From Candidatus Bathyarchaeota archaeon A05DMB-4 (GTDB taxonomy: Archaea; Thermoproteota; Bathyarchaeia; Bathyarchaeales; SOJC01): a stretch of 64,000 bases of DNA. The translations under genes were made by a program, and so were the position numbers. Below the pieces are notes generated by a model. That model did no database searches. It was not told where the DNA came from and saw only the letters and a list, made by a program, of their open reading frames with translations. Of the stretch, positions 18,545 to 27,358 are shown piece after piece. The stretch covers positions 66,927 through 130,926 of the forward strand of contig JABFQO010000004.1 in assembly GCA_019685575.1 (NCBI GenBank). Reading direction: 5' to 3'. Position 1 is the first letter of the stretch; every line of letters starts with the position of its first letter.

Positions 18545-19369
18545 TTGAAAATCTTCATTTCCGCCGATATGGAAGGCATCGCCGGAATCACAAGCCCCGA
18601 ACACACAATGCGTGAAGGCAGAGAGCACGAAAGAGCAAGACGATTGATGACTTGCGAAGTAAACGCTGCCATCGAAGGCATACTAAAAGCATGTAAACCC
18701 CGAACCATACTAGTAAACGATTCTCACGGAACAATGCGAAACATAATCCCAGAAGAATTACATGATGCTGCTGAACTCGTCACAGGTACACCGAAACCGT
18801 TGGAAATGATGCAGGGCATCGACAAATCCTACGATGCTGCCTTTTTCATAGGATACCACGCCATGCGAGGATCATATCCCAGCGTTTTAGAGCATACCTT
18901 CAGTGGCAAAGTTGTCTTCGACGTCTTCTTAAACGGAAAGCGAGTAGGCGAAACCGCACTGAATGCCGCGATGGCAGGCGCCTTTGACGTTCCCGTTGCA
19001 TTGGTAACCGGCGACCGTGCCGTTACAGAAGAAGCGAAAGCGTTCTTAGGAAACGTTGAAACCGTAGCCGTGAAAGAGGCTGTTGGACGTTACGCGGCAA
19101 AATGTCTTTCTCCGACAAAGGCGCAAGCGTTGATAAAAAATGCGGCGTACAAGGCAGTCAAGAACATCAGCAAATTCAAACCTTTCCAAGTCAAACCGCC
19201 CATAAAACTGGACGTGGTTTTCTTTCACAGTGGCATGGCGGAGCTTGCGGAATTCGTTCCTGGCTCAAGAAGAATAGACGGTAGAACAGTTTCGTTTACT
19301 TCAAAAGATTTTCTGGAAGTACACAAAGCGTTTGTTGCAATGGTTCTCTTAGCAGGCACGGTTACCTAG
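18545..19369 (+). CDS. D-aminopeptidase DppA family (peptidase M55)
   Basis: KIFISADMEGIAGI N-terminal signature. Start reassigned to TTG at 18545, preceded by a GAAGTGA SD-like element. Confidence 0.65.
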   Translation: MKIFISADMEGIAGITSPEHTMREGREHERARRLMTCEVNAAIEGILKACKPRTILVNDSHGTMRNIIPEELHDAAELVTGTPKPLEMMQGIDKSYDAAFFIGYHAMRGSYPSVLEHTFSGKVVFDVFLNGKRVGETALNAAMAGAFDVPVALVTGDRAVTEEAKAFLGNVETVAVKEAVGRYAAKCLSPTKAQALIKNAAYKAVKNISKFKPFQVKPPIKLDVVFFHSGMAELAEFVPGSRRIDGRTVSFTSKDFLEVHKAFVAMVLLAGTVT

Positions 19370-19845
19370 CTACGTCTGGCGTATTCTTCAATAATCTTTC
19401 TCTTAATCTCTGAAGAACTGTTCAGTTCATCTTCTCCAAATTTGCCTATCCTGACGATTTTTATTGGAAGGTTTTTTTCAGCTATTACCTTCTCAACTGC
19501 TCTCGCCATGCTTTCTTGGTCATATCCCAGGGCGATTACGTCGGGTTTAATCTTACTAACTACTTTCTCAATGTTAAAGTCCTCGAAGCCTAAGATTGCC
19601 TCGTCGACCACCTTAAGCGACTCAACAAGCGCCCGACGTTGATTCTCGGGCATTATTGGTTTTTCGCCTTTCCTCTTGGCGACTGTGCTGTCTCTGGCAA
19701 CGATGACTATGAGTTCGGCATTTTTCCCACCTGTCTTTTTTGCTTCTTCTAAAAACTTCACGTGCCCAAGGTGCAATAAATCGAACACGCCGCTGGCAAG
19801 AACGATGGTGTGTTTTTTTGTTTGTTTTATTTGCTTGTTGGCCAT
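19366..19845 (-). CDS. ribL: FAD synthase RibL (archaeal FMN adenylyltransferase, cytidylyltransferase fold)
   Basis: GVFDLLHLGH nucleotidyltransferase motif. Closely resembles MJ1179 RibL (IVIVARD..V..KG.KPI.PE.QRR..VE.LK.VD.AILG). Confidence 0.75.
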   Translation of the reverse strand: MANKQIKQTKKHTIVLASGVFDLLHLGHVKFLEEAKKTGGKNAELIVIVARDSTVAKRKGEKPIMPENQRRALVESLKVVDEAILGFEDFNIEKVVSKIKPDVIALGYDQESMARAVEKVIAEKNLPIKIVRIGKFGEDELNSSSEIKRKIIEEYARRS

Positions 19846-20099
19846 TGAAAATCTGCCACTCCTAGTAGCCTGAGAGCGTCTAATAATCCTTCGCAGTAGG
19901 CAATTGAGGCTAGGGCGACTTCAAATTGTTTTCGGTCGTAATGATATTTTGTGTCTTCGAAGTAGTTTTTCGCGTATCCTATGACCTCTTCAACTTTCTT
20001 TCTGCTCAACGTCACCTCTTCTGCGTTTTGGATTTGGATTTCCTTAAACGCTTGCCCCGTGTTGCGGATATACTTTGCAACTAAACCCTCTATGTTCAT
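19827..20099 (-). CDS. Hypothetical small protein (possibly DUF357-like)
   Basis: 90-aa ORF with no motif, overlapping the start of ribL. Confidence 0.35.
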   Translation of the reverse strand: MNIEGLVAKYIRNTGQAFKEIQIQNAEEVTLSRKKVEEVIGYAKNYFEDTKYHYDRKQFEVALASIAYCEGLLDALRLLGVADFQWPTSK

Positions 20100-20100
20100 T

Positions 20101-20910
20101 TCACGTCATCTCCAAAATCTTCCTCGGAGCACCCGCTAAACTCACCAGTGCCTCGGCTTCCATAAAATGCAATTTCCCCGGAAAAACAAGCGCGTGCGGG
20201 GGATCCCCGAAATTGTGTTGCAACAAATCCTTAACGTAGTCAGCCTTTATGCAGAAGTTAGGTGCACCCGCCCGTGCCACTCCTACTGCCAAGGTTTTAG
20301 ACGTAACTACTTCTTTTTTCTCCCTTTCTTCAACTTCCAAAAGAATGCGCAAGCCTTCTTTCACCGTCATGTGACGTTTCTCTTCTGCTTTCAAGTCTAA
20401 AAAACAAAGCGTATGCAGTCCACGTTGCCTGTTTTCCATCACTACTCTGTAAGACGTATCTGCAACGACGCTGTTTTCAAGAAAAGGCACAGTAACGCTT
20501 CTGCCGAACTTATAATTCTGTAATCCTGTTAAGCCTATAACCGCAGAAATTATAGAAGCACCATGAACAATGCGGGTTTTGACGCCCATTTTCTCGGCTC
20601 TTATCCTTAAATCCACATGTGTAGTCGCTATCAAGGGGTCGCCGGGAACTAGAAAAACGACCTTTCCCCCCTTTGTCTCTTGCAAAATTTGGCGTCCTTC
20701 ATCGTCCTCTAAAATCTTACGCGAGACAACTACAACCTTCTTTCCAACAAGCGTTTCCAACCGCTTTACGTTAAACGCTGGCAAAAGACTCGTATAAAGC
20801 TCTGCAAAAACTTTGTCTGCCGATTTTATTTCCTCCACCGCCCGCAAAGACAAATCCTTTTCATCGTACAAACCAATACCTACAAAAACCAGTTCACTCA
20901 ACTTTTCCAT
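20101..20910 (-). CDS. dph5: Diphthine synthase (Dph5)
   Basis: Full-length similarity to archaeal DphB/Dph5 (FVGIGLYDEKD..., GDP..ATTH, YKFG.S.TV, GLHTL.FLD, GDPPHAL). Confidence 0.9.
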   Translation of the reverse strand: MEKLSELVFVGIGLYDEKDLSLRAVEEIKSADKVFAELYTSLLPAFNVKRLETLVGKKVVVVSRKILEDDEGRQILQETKGGKVVFLVPGDPLIATTHVDLRIRAEKMGVKTRIVHGASIISAVIGLTGLQNYKFGRSVTVPFLENSVVADTSYRVVMENRQRGLHTLCFLDLKAEEKRHMTVKEGLRILLEVEEREKKEVVTSKTLAVGVARAGAPNFCIKADYVKDLLQHNFGDPPHALVFPGKLHFMEAEALVSLAGAPRKILEMT

Positions 20911-20930
20911 TCTCCATGCTACGCAAGGTA

Positions 20931-20974
20931 ATGAAAAATATTAGCGTAAGCACGTATAGAAGATTAACGGTTCC
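20931..20974. repeat. 42-bp direct repeat, copy A (pairs with 22961..23002)
   Basis: GAAAAATATTAGCGTAAGCACGTATAGAAGATTAACGGTTCC. 40/42 identical to copy B. Lies 21 bp upstream of the dph5 start codon. Confidence 0.8.
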
Positions 20975-21084
20975 AGAGCGGCTAAGTCGTGCCAAAACGA
21001 TTTGCCGAGAATCGGTTACCAAAAGTTCAAAGTTTCTGTTGCTTATCATTTTATCATTTTTTCTCTTTAAGAATATAGGTTAGT

Positions 21085-21624
21085 TTATGCTAGCTTGTTT
21101 AAAACATCCATGTCTATAGGGTCTTCGTCTATAGCAAAAGTTTCGGGCTCTTCGATTTTCAATATAGCCTTTAAGGCTTCAGCGTCAAGCTCCTTCACGA
21201 GTCTTTGTATTTCTCGTTTGGCTAACTCGAGATGTCTCTCCAGCATTCTGCTATTCTTGTGCAAGTTTCCTGCTAGCGAACAGATTGTATCTTTCTTCAG
21301 AAACCACTCAATTTTCCGAGTCTTTGGGTTTATGTCAAACGTAATGGGCCCCGCTACGCATGTCTCAGGCTTTACGGGGTGAATTAGACATTTCTTTGTT
21401 TTCTTGTCATAGAATACACAGTAGCCTTCACTGTCTACTTTTGGGAAAGTGTAACTGGTCCGTATGAACGGTTTTTCAATTGGAACCCTTTGTTTCCTCA
21501 TGTATGCCTCTATGATTGCTCTTCGTTTGGTGGTTAAGGGCGGTTTTGCGTTCTGGCAACAGCTCTGGGGGCATTTTTCGCAGATGTTGAAGAAGTCGTT
21601 TTCCTTCCTTATTGAAGTTGGCAT
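21085..21624 (-). CDS. YkgJ-family protein (CxxCxxCC putative zinc/iron-chelating domain)
   Basis: CEKCPQSCCQ motif near the N-terminus. Confidence 0.55.
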   Translation of the reverse strand: MPTSIRKENDFFNICEKCPQSCCQNAKPPLTTKRRAIIEAYMRKQRVPIEKPFIRTSYTFPKVDSEGYCVFYDKKTKKCLIHPVKPETCVAGPITFDINPKTRKIEWFLKKDTICSLAGNLHKNSRMLERHLELAKREIQRLVKELDAEALKAILKIEEPETFAIDEDPIDMDVLNKLA

Positions 21625-21640
21625 ATGTACTCCGCCGTTA

Positions 21641-22780
21641 TCAGAAGTATGGTTGATTTTCCCTTAAGTTTTTTACGAGCGTTGAGTAAACGTTGACGAT
21701 GGCCTCTTTAAAATCAGTTTTCTGGGCTTTTCTTAGGATCCTGTCCTTGATTATTTTGGATAGGCTTCCATGTTCTATTCTTTTTTGGATTGTTGGGAGG
21801 TACTCTTTTTCTTCGGCAGAAGCGTTTTCCCAAGCGATGCTAAGAAAACGTTGGCAGACTTGGCGTGCAGTTTGTCCATAAGGATGCGAAACGTTGGCGT
21901 CTAAGCCGAGCTTTAGAACTCTGTTGTAGTGATTAACTAGGATTCTATGAGGTAAAAGTTCGGTTTTGTTCCTTATCAACCCAGACACCACGGCTCTAAT
22001 AAAGCAACTTAACGCAACATCCGATTTAATACACTCTTGCTCATCCATTACTCGTATTTCAATACTCTTTCTGTCGAAACGGAATATCACTCCTCGAGAA
22101 TTGACCCAATCCTTAAAGAGAAGACATTTGTCTGCGCCAGTCTTGGCCAAGTCTAGTGAATATTTTTCAATAACATCTTTTTTGTACTGCTTCAGTGAAG
22201 ACACGTATTCTGGCACTACATCACCCGTTACCGAGGGCACTTCTTTTTGATTCATCATGTAAAAATGTAGCCTATTATCCACAAATTCCCCAAATTCCCC
22301 AAATTTTCCTTCGAAAATAGGCGAGGAAGCCGAAATTGCTGGTATGTATGCACAAAGATTTGCAAGTATGTTGTGCATTAAGACGGCGTCTTTTTCGCCT
22401 CGATACGGAATGTTCAGTTGGAAGCTTTGTATGTTAAGCCAACCGTGCTGTTGAAGGTTGAATATTCTGCCGAAGGCTCGGTAGATTTGCTTGTGACGAT
22501 GTGGCCATATCCTTGTGTCATCTAGTTTTAGCAGAGGATGCATTTCTGTGCCGAGAAGCTGCGCATCGTATTTGTTTTCTAAGAAGCCCAGTAACGTTAA
22601 AACTGCCTTGTGCATGGTTTTCTCAAACACTTTAGGCGACTTGAACGGCTCGTTAGGCTTGATTTCCATAACATGCAGTTGAAGTTCTTTCCCAAAGGTA
22701 AAGGTCGGCTGCTCTACAAAATTGACGATGCGACCGTGAAAATCCTTTATGAGTTTATCCATTATGGGAAGCGGCTTCAA
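21641..22780 (-). CDS. Glutamate--cysteine ligase family 2 (GCS2) / carboxylate-amine ligase-like
   Basis: 379 aa. GCS2-like pattern. Region GC is lower than the surrounding core genes. Confidence 0.5.
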   Translation of the reverse strand: MKPLPIMDKLIKDFHGRIVNFVEQPTFTFGKELQLHVMEIKPNEPFKSPKVFEKTMHKAVLTLLGFLENKYDAQLLGTEMHPLLKLDDTRIWPHRHKQIYRAFGRIFNLQQHGWLNIQSFQLNIPYRGEKDAVLMHNILANLCAYIPAISASSPIFEGKFGEFGEFVDNRLHFYMMNQKEVPSVTGDVVPEYVSSLKQYKKDVIEKYSLDLAKTGADKCLLFKDWVNSRGVIFRFDRKSIEIRVMDEQECIKSDVALSCFIRAVVSGLIRNKTELLPHRILVNHYNRVLKLGLDANVSHPYGQTARQVCQRFLSIAWENASAEEKEYLPTIQKRIEHGSLSKIIKDRILRKAQKTDFKEAIVNVYSTLVKNLRENQPYF

Positions 22781-22960
22781 TTGTTCGTCAACTATTGAAA
22801 ACTCATGTTCTGGACCAAGAACCTCTAAGGTTCGATACGTAAGGGTTCCTCTTTACTGTCTCTGAAAAAAGCGTTTTTGTAAATATTAAAGTTATAGTCG
22901 ATTTTAAATATTGAAGCCTGTCCATCCCAAAAATGCGCGTTCAATTTCTCTATGATAACG

Positions 22961-23002
22961 GAAAAATATTAGCGTAGGCAAGTATAGAAGATTAACGGTT
23001 CC
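22961..23002. repeat. 42-bp direct repeat, copy B (tRNA-Lys upstream/promoter region)
   Basis: GAAAAATATTAGCGTAGGCAAGTATAGAAGATTAACGGTTCC. Ends 13 bp before tRNA-Lys. Confidence 0.8.
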
Positions 23003-23015
23003 GTCTTCAAACGCG

Positions 23016-23092
23016 TGGGCCCGTAGCTCAGTAAGGTAGAGCGGCGGACTCTTAATCCGTTGGCCACGGGTTCAAATCCCGCCGGGCCCGCC
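23016..23092 (+). tRNA. tRNA-Lys (anticodon CUU), CCA encoded
   Basis: Manual fold: acceptor GGGCCCG/CGGGCCC, D-stem GCTC/GAGC, anticodon stem GCGGA/TCCGT, loop CTCTTAA, T-arm ACGGG-TTCAAAT-CCCGC, discriminator G then CCA. Confidence 0.85.
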
Positions 23093-23464
23093 AAAAACAC
23101 TGAATCCTCTTTTAGGATTTATTGCCTTCTTAGGCGGTGTTTTAGTTTTAACGACTGTTAGGGGTAGAGGCGTCCAACGCGAATGCAATGTGGTCTTGGC
23201 TATGGCTTGTTTCATAAAAACGATGGAAGACCTGCCTCACTGATAATCACCTGTGCTTTGGTGCTTGAACAAACTCTAGTGAAGTATTTTCAAGAAAAAG
23301 AATCTCGGGATAACACTCAAACAATTCCACCAAAAAATTTGAGTTAATACAAGTCCCGATGTTAAAGAATTAGGCCAAATGATCTTCCGTTAGTTATCGT
23401 TAACGTAACGTTTGTAATGGTTATTTCCTTAAAAGATTGGGTATTTACATGCTCAAAATTTCGT

Positions 23465-24097
23465 TTATTTAGACGCTTTGGACGCGTGCAGTATTTTAAA
23501 GTTATTTGCATGAGCAAATGATTTCACATTAAAGCCATGTCCGACGAGAAATGTAGCGAGTGCTTTATGAATTTCGTTTGAATGCGCTTCTATTAGCCAT
23601 TCATTCACGCGTTCTGCATTGGTTATCCCTAAAATGTATTTTTCGGCTCCTTCTATGTCAACTTTAATTAGGTTTGGGCAATACTTTGAAATCAATGTCT
23701 CGATTTTTTTGGAGCTGTCTACGAACTCTTCGAGGGCGACAACCTTTTCATTATTTTGGAAATATAACTTTAATTTTGATGCAAGTCGTGTGTCCCCTTC
23801 AACAGCGATTACCTTATTTACTCCTTTACGCAAAAAATAAAACGCCGTGCTTCCGTAATCCGCACCCAAATCCAGAATAATCTTATTCTCAAAGGATGTA
23901 AAATTCCAATGCCCCTCATAGTCTTCATCATATATTGGAGGAATACCGCCAAATAATTTAATGAATTTAGACTTCAATTTTTGTTTATACTTGTAGTAAA
24001 CTCCAACGGGATCTAAAAACAAAGTGCGCCATTTTCGGACAAATACTCCCCCAACATTAATTAAGTTTATTTTTTTAACATCCGTAACTGTATGCAT
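23465..24097 (-). CDS. FkbM-family SAM-dependent methyltransferase
   Basis: 210 aa. ILDLGADYGSTAFYF motif I. Very low GC (~33%) compared with its neighbours. Confidence 0.55.
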   Translation of the reverse strand: MHTVTDVKKINLINVGGVFVRKWRTLFLDPVGVYYKYKQKLKSKFIKLFGGIPPIYDEDYEGHWNFTSFENKIILDLGADYGSTAFYFLRKGVNKVIAVEGDTRLASKLKLYFQNNEKVVALEEFVDSSKKIETLISKYCPNLIKVDIEGAEKYILGITNAERVNEWLIEAHSNEIHKALATFLVGHGFNVKSFAHANNFKILHASKASK

Positions 24098-24390
24098 GTT
24101 TGCACCTGAAAAAGGATCATTATGAAATTGCTTTGAATCTTATGAAGGAATAATTCATATTTTAAATCCATAAATTTGCTAAAATTAAAAACATTGTACA
24201 GTTTACAATTCCATAATATTCTGTTGGTCGTTGTTAAAAGAACCGTCGCGCTACGGGGAACATTGAAAGTTTATGTGAGGTTTACTTATGAATATAACAT
24301 TGCTATCATACCGTGATTAATTCTACGGATCCTTCTAAACCCATGCAGCAAAATATTATGGGAAGAAAAAATGGGAAGTGCACAAAGAAG

Positions 24391-24436
24391 GCTCGAAGCC
24401 AGTGGTCTCGGGTTCAAATCCCAACGGGTCTGCCAT
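24391..24436 (+). other. tRNA 3'-half-like fragment (T-arm + acceptor 3' strand + CCA), no cognate 5' half found
   Basis: GGTCTCGGGTTCAAATCCCAACGGGTCTGCCA matches the tRNA-Lys 3' half at 27/33 positions. No D-arm or 5' acceptor strand was found upstream. Confidence 0.5.
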
Positions 24437-24498
24437 CCCACCTTTTTGGGTAGCAACTTTTATTCACTTTCATCGATTATAGAATTTTATGATGTGTC

Positions 24499-25083
24499 AT
24501 GAAAGTGGTTGGCATTTGCGGTAGCCCGAGGAAACAAGCGACAGAGTTTGTTTTGAGGAAAACGCTCGAAATGCTGGATGAGAAGGGTTTTGAAACAGGA
24601 TTCTTCTCTGTTAGGAACAAGAAAATCGGCTTTTGTACGCATTGTGATTATTGCTTGAGAAACGTGGGATGTGTTTTCAAGGATGACATGGAGACGGTTT
24701 ACGCGTTGCTCAAGAACAGCCAAGGAATAATTATCGCCACGCCAGTCTACAACGGCGGAATCAGCGCCCAAACTAAAGCAGTTATGGACAGATGTCGAGC
24801 CCTAGTCGCCAACGACAAAAACGTTTTCAAACATAAAGTCGGCATGGGAATTGCCGTCGGAGGCGACCGTGCAGGCGGACAGGAACTCGCTTTGCAGCAA
24901 ATCCACACCTTTTTCATCTTGAATGGTATAACGCCCGTTAGTGGCGGATTCTTCGGTGCCAACTTGGGTGCAACTTTTTGGTCAAAAGACACTTTGGAAG
25001 GCGTTAAAAAGGATGAAGAAGGCTTTAGAAGTTTGAGGAAAACGGTTAAGAAGTTTGCGGAATGCTTGAGAAAACCGATGTGA
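24499..25083 (+). CDS. isf: Iron-sulfur flavoprotein (Isf; NAD(P)H-dependent FMN reductase fold)
   Basis: Compact Cys motif CTHCDYCLRNVGC (Cx2Cx2Cx5C) in a flavodoxin-like protein. Confidence 0.7.
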   Translation: MKVVGICGSPRKQATEFVLRKTLEMLDEKGFETGFFSVRNKKIGFCTHCDYCLRNVGCVFKDDMETVYALLKNSQGIIIATPVYNGGISAQTKAVMDRCRALVANDKNVFKHKVGMGIAVGGDRAGGQELALQQIHTFFILNGITPVSGGFFGANLGATFWSKDTLEGVKKDEEGFRSLRKTVKKFAECLRKPM

Positions 25084-25096
25084 AGGCGATGCAAGC

Positions 25097-25714
25097 ATGA
25101 CAGTTGATATGCTGGAAACGAAAAGAAAAGAAACGGTCAAACAGAAGAAAGTGGCTTGGGGAATTACCGGCGCCGGAGACCGACTCGCCGAAACGTTAGA
25201 CGTTATGAAACAAATCGAGAAAGAATACCGAGATAAAGTGGAGATTTACGTCTACCTCAGCAAAGCCGCAGAACAAGTGCTAAAATATTATAGGCTTTAT
25301 GACGATTTGAGGGCAAATTTTGACAGGTTTTGGGTAGAAATCAACGCCAACTCACCGTTTCTCGCAGGTCTACTGCAGACGGGAAAATTCGAATTCTTAC
25401 TAATCGCCCCCGCTACGTCAAACACGGTTGCAAAAATAGCCGTTGGAATCTCGGACACGATGCTCTCGAACGCAGCGATTATGGCGTTGAAAGCCTTTGT
25501 CCCTGTCTACCTAATGCCCACCGACTACAAAGAAGGCCCAATCACAACGAAACTCCCAGACAAGAAAGGTTTGAAATTAAGGATACGAAAAGAGGACGCT
25601 GAAAATGCCAAGAAACTCGCCGCCATGAAAGATGTGTTCGTACTCGAAAAACCCGAAGACATAGCCCAAGTGTTCAAGATGCGCTTCAAGTGGGAAGCAA
25701 AAATCAACCCTTAA
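25097..25714 (+). CDS. Flavoprotein of the HFCD family (archaeoflavoprotein AfpA-like)
   Basis: WGITGAGD N-terminal flavin-binding motif and PATSNTVAKIA. ~200 aa. Confidence 0.5.
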   Translation: MTVDMLETKRKETVKQKKVAWGITGAGDRLAETLDVMKQIEKEYRDKVEIYVYLSKAAEQVLKYYRLYDDLRANFDRFWVEINANSPFLAGLLQTGKFEFLLIAPATSNTVAKIAVGISDTMLSNAAIMALKAFVPVYLMPTDYKEGPITTKLPDKKGLKLRIRKEDAENAKKLAAMKDVFVLEKPEDIAQVFKMRFKWEAKINP

Positions 25715-25886
25715 CAGAAAGTTTTCGTCAATATTTAACGAAATGAAGTGGGCATCTTTTTATCAAATGGTCGCCACGTCTTCGGAAGTTGAGAGATTAT
25801 GCTTTTTACGGTTCCGATTAAAACGTAAGTATTATATTCTCTCAAGTTAAAAATAACTGATTACCGCTAACCTATTTGACTAGATA

Positions 25887-26648
25887 ATGTTTAAGGGAGG
25901 TCCAGAAGTGAGCACCCATGCAGAAGACTTGAAACTACGATTAATGACGATAGAACTATTGCGCACTGCAAAAAAGCAGTACACTTACCGAAAACTATCT
26001 GAGAAAACAGGGCTTCCTGTCACGGTGTTAAGCCGCTATGCAAAAGGACACGTTTTGCCTAACGCTGCCCGTGCCCGTCAACTTTGGCGCACTCTTACAA
26101 AGATGGTTGGGTTGGAAGTGGAGCTTCATCGGCGCATAGTGTTCAACACTGATGGATATTTCGACAACACAAAAATCATCGGCGATTACAACATTCTCCG
26201 TCAAGCAGCCCATCATGCTCTCGCGAGTTTTGCTGGTAAGCGCGTGACCAAGGTTTTGACAGCGGCAGTGGATGGGATTCCGCTCGCGACCATGATTGCA
26301 AGCAACATGGGTATCAACCTCGTCATCGCCAAATGGGGCAAAGAAGTTGGTGTTCCCTCATTTCTTGAAGAAACTTATGTGCTTAGCGGCTCGGGGGTGA
26401 CGGTGACGTTTTATGTTCCTAAAGATGCCATTAGAAAACGCGACAGCGTGCTCATAGTGGACGACATGATAAAAACAGGCGAAACCCAAGCGGCTCTGGT
26501 TAACATTGTTCGTAAGGCAAAAGCTGAAGTTTCTGGCGTTTTTTCTCTTATCGCCGTGGGTGACGATTGGCAAAAGCATCTGAACCTGCCGAAAGATTGC
26601 CCTGTTGAAATTGTGGCGCGCGTTAAACTTCCGCAAATAACAAAATAA
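25887..26648 (+). CDS. Transcriptional regulator with N-terminal HTH and C-terminal phosphoribosyltransferase domain (PurR/GfcR-like)
   Basis: wHTH (KLSEKTGLPVTVLSRYAKG) plus PRTase PRPP-binding motif (VLIVDDMIKTGET). Confidence 0.6.
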   Translation: MFKGGPEVSTHAEDLKLRLMTIELLRTAKKQYTYRKLSEKTGLPVTVLSRYAKGHVLPNAARARQLWRTLTKMVGLEVELHRRIVFNTDGYFDNTKIIGDYNILRQAAHHALASFAGKRVTKVLTAAVDGIPLATMIASNMGINLVIAKWGKEVGVPSFLEETYVLSGSGVTVTFYVPKDAIRKRDSVLIVDDMIKTGETQAALVNIVRKAKAEVSGVFSLIAVGDDWQKHLNLPKDCPVEIVARVKLPQITK

Positions 26649-27314
26649 CTATTGCCGCGTCCTTTTTCTTCGTTGATCCTTATCCAGCCTTAGCAATGCG
26701 GTTTCAAAGTTTACGAAAGTGTAGCCGACGATTCTGTTTTTGGTCCAAAAAGCTTTCAACTCATCTAACGCACTTTGAGGTTGAACGGTTTTTATTATGC
26801 CTAAGTTTTTTGCGGCTGAAATCACGAGAGGCGTGGGTTTAGGGTCTGCTTTTTGCCAAATTCCCCTAAGGTCGCGGAGGAATATGCTTGTGGTAATGTC
26901 GCCTATGCCTTTGCCCAGTTGTTTTAGGCGGTTTTCTAAATCTGCTGAGTCTGATGCTTGTTGGTGAAGGAAATTAAGACTTCCGCCGTACTGCTTCTGG
27001 AGGTTGCCCGTCACTAGCAAGAGTTTGTCAGCGGTTTTGAAATCGTACCGTGCGTAACTTCCCTCGTCCAGAATCTGCACCAGCCCGTTCCATCCAGTGT
27101 TTAAAATTTTCTCGGGTGTCAGTACGTTATGTTTTTTGAAAGTGTGGTAAGTTTTTATCACAGAAGACTCGGTGATCGGCGCGCCGAACAAGACAGCTGC
27201 CAAAAACCATTTGAAAATCTCTTTGTCCGAAATTGTTTCTAGCTTGATGCCCAGAATTTCGGAATACTTTTGGCCATGTTTTTCCAGCAGTGTTTTTAAG
27301 GCTTCACGTTTCAT
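26649..27314 (-). CDS. HhH-GPD superfamily DNA glycosylase-like protein (no Fe-S cluster)
   Basis: Helix-hairpin-helix LKQLGKGIGDITTSIFLRDL. 221 aa, no Cys cluster. Confidence 0.4.
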   Translation of the reverse strand: MKREALKTLLEKHGQKYSEILGIKLETISDKEIFKWFLAAVLFGAPITESSVIKTYHTFKKHNVLTPEKILNTGWNGLVQILDEGSYARYDFKTADKLLLVTGNLQKQYGGSLNFLHQQASDSADLENRLKQLGKGIGDITTSIFLRDLRGIWQKADPKPTPLVISAAKNLGIIKTVQPQSALDELKAFWTKNRIVGYTFVNFETALLRLDKDQRRKRTRQ

Positions 27315-27358
27315 AAGGTTTCACATGTAATTAATACGTAAAACCCGCTATAAGAAAG

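Noticed and set aside
24391-24436. Calling this a complete (intron-containing or split) tRNA gene
   Set aside because: No sequence able to pair with the 3' acceptor strand (RGRYYYG), no D-arm and no anticodon arm were found within 300 nt upstream. It is treated as a fragment or pseudogene.
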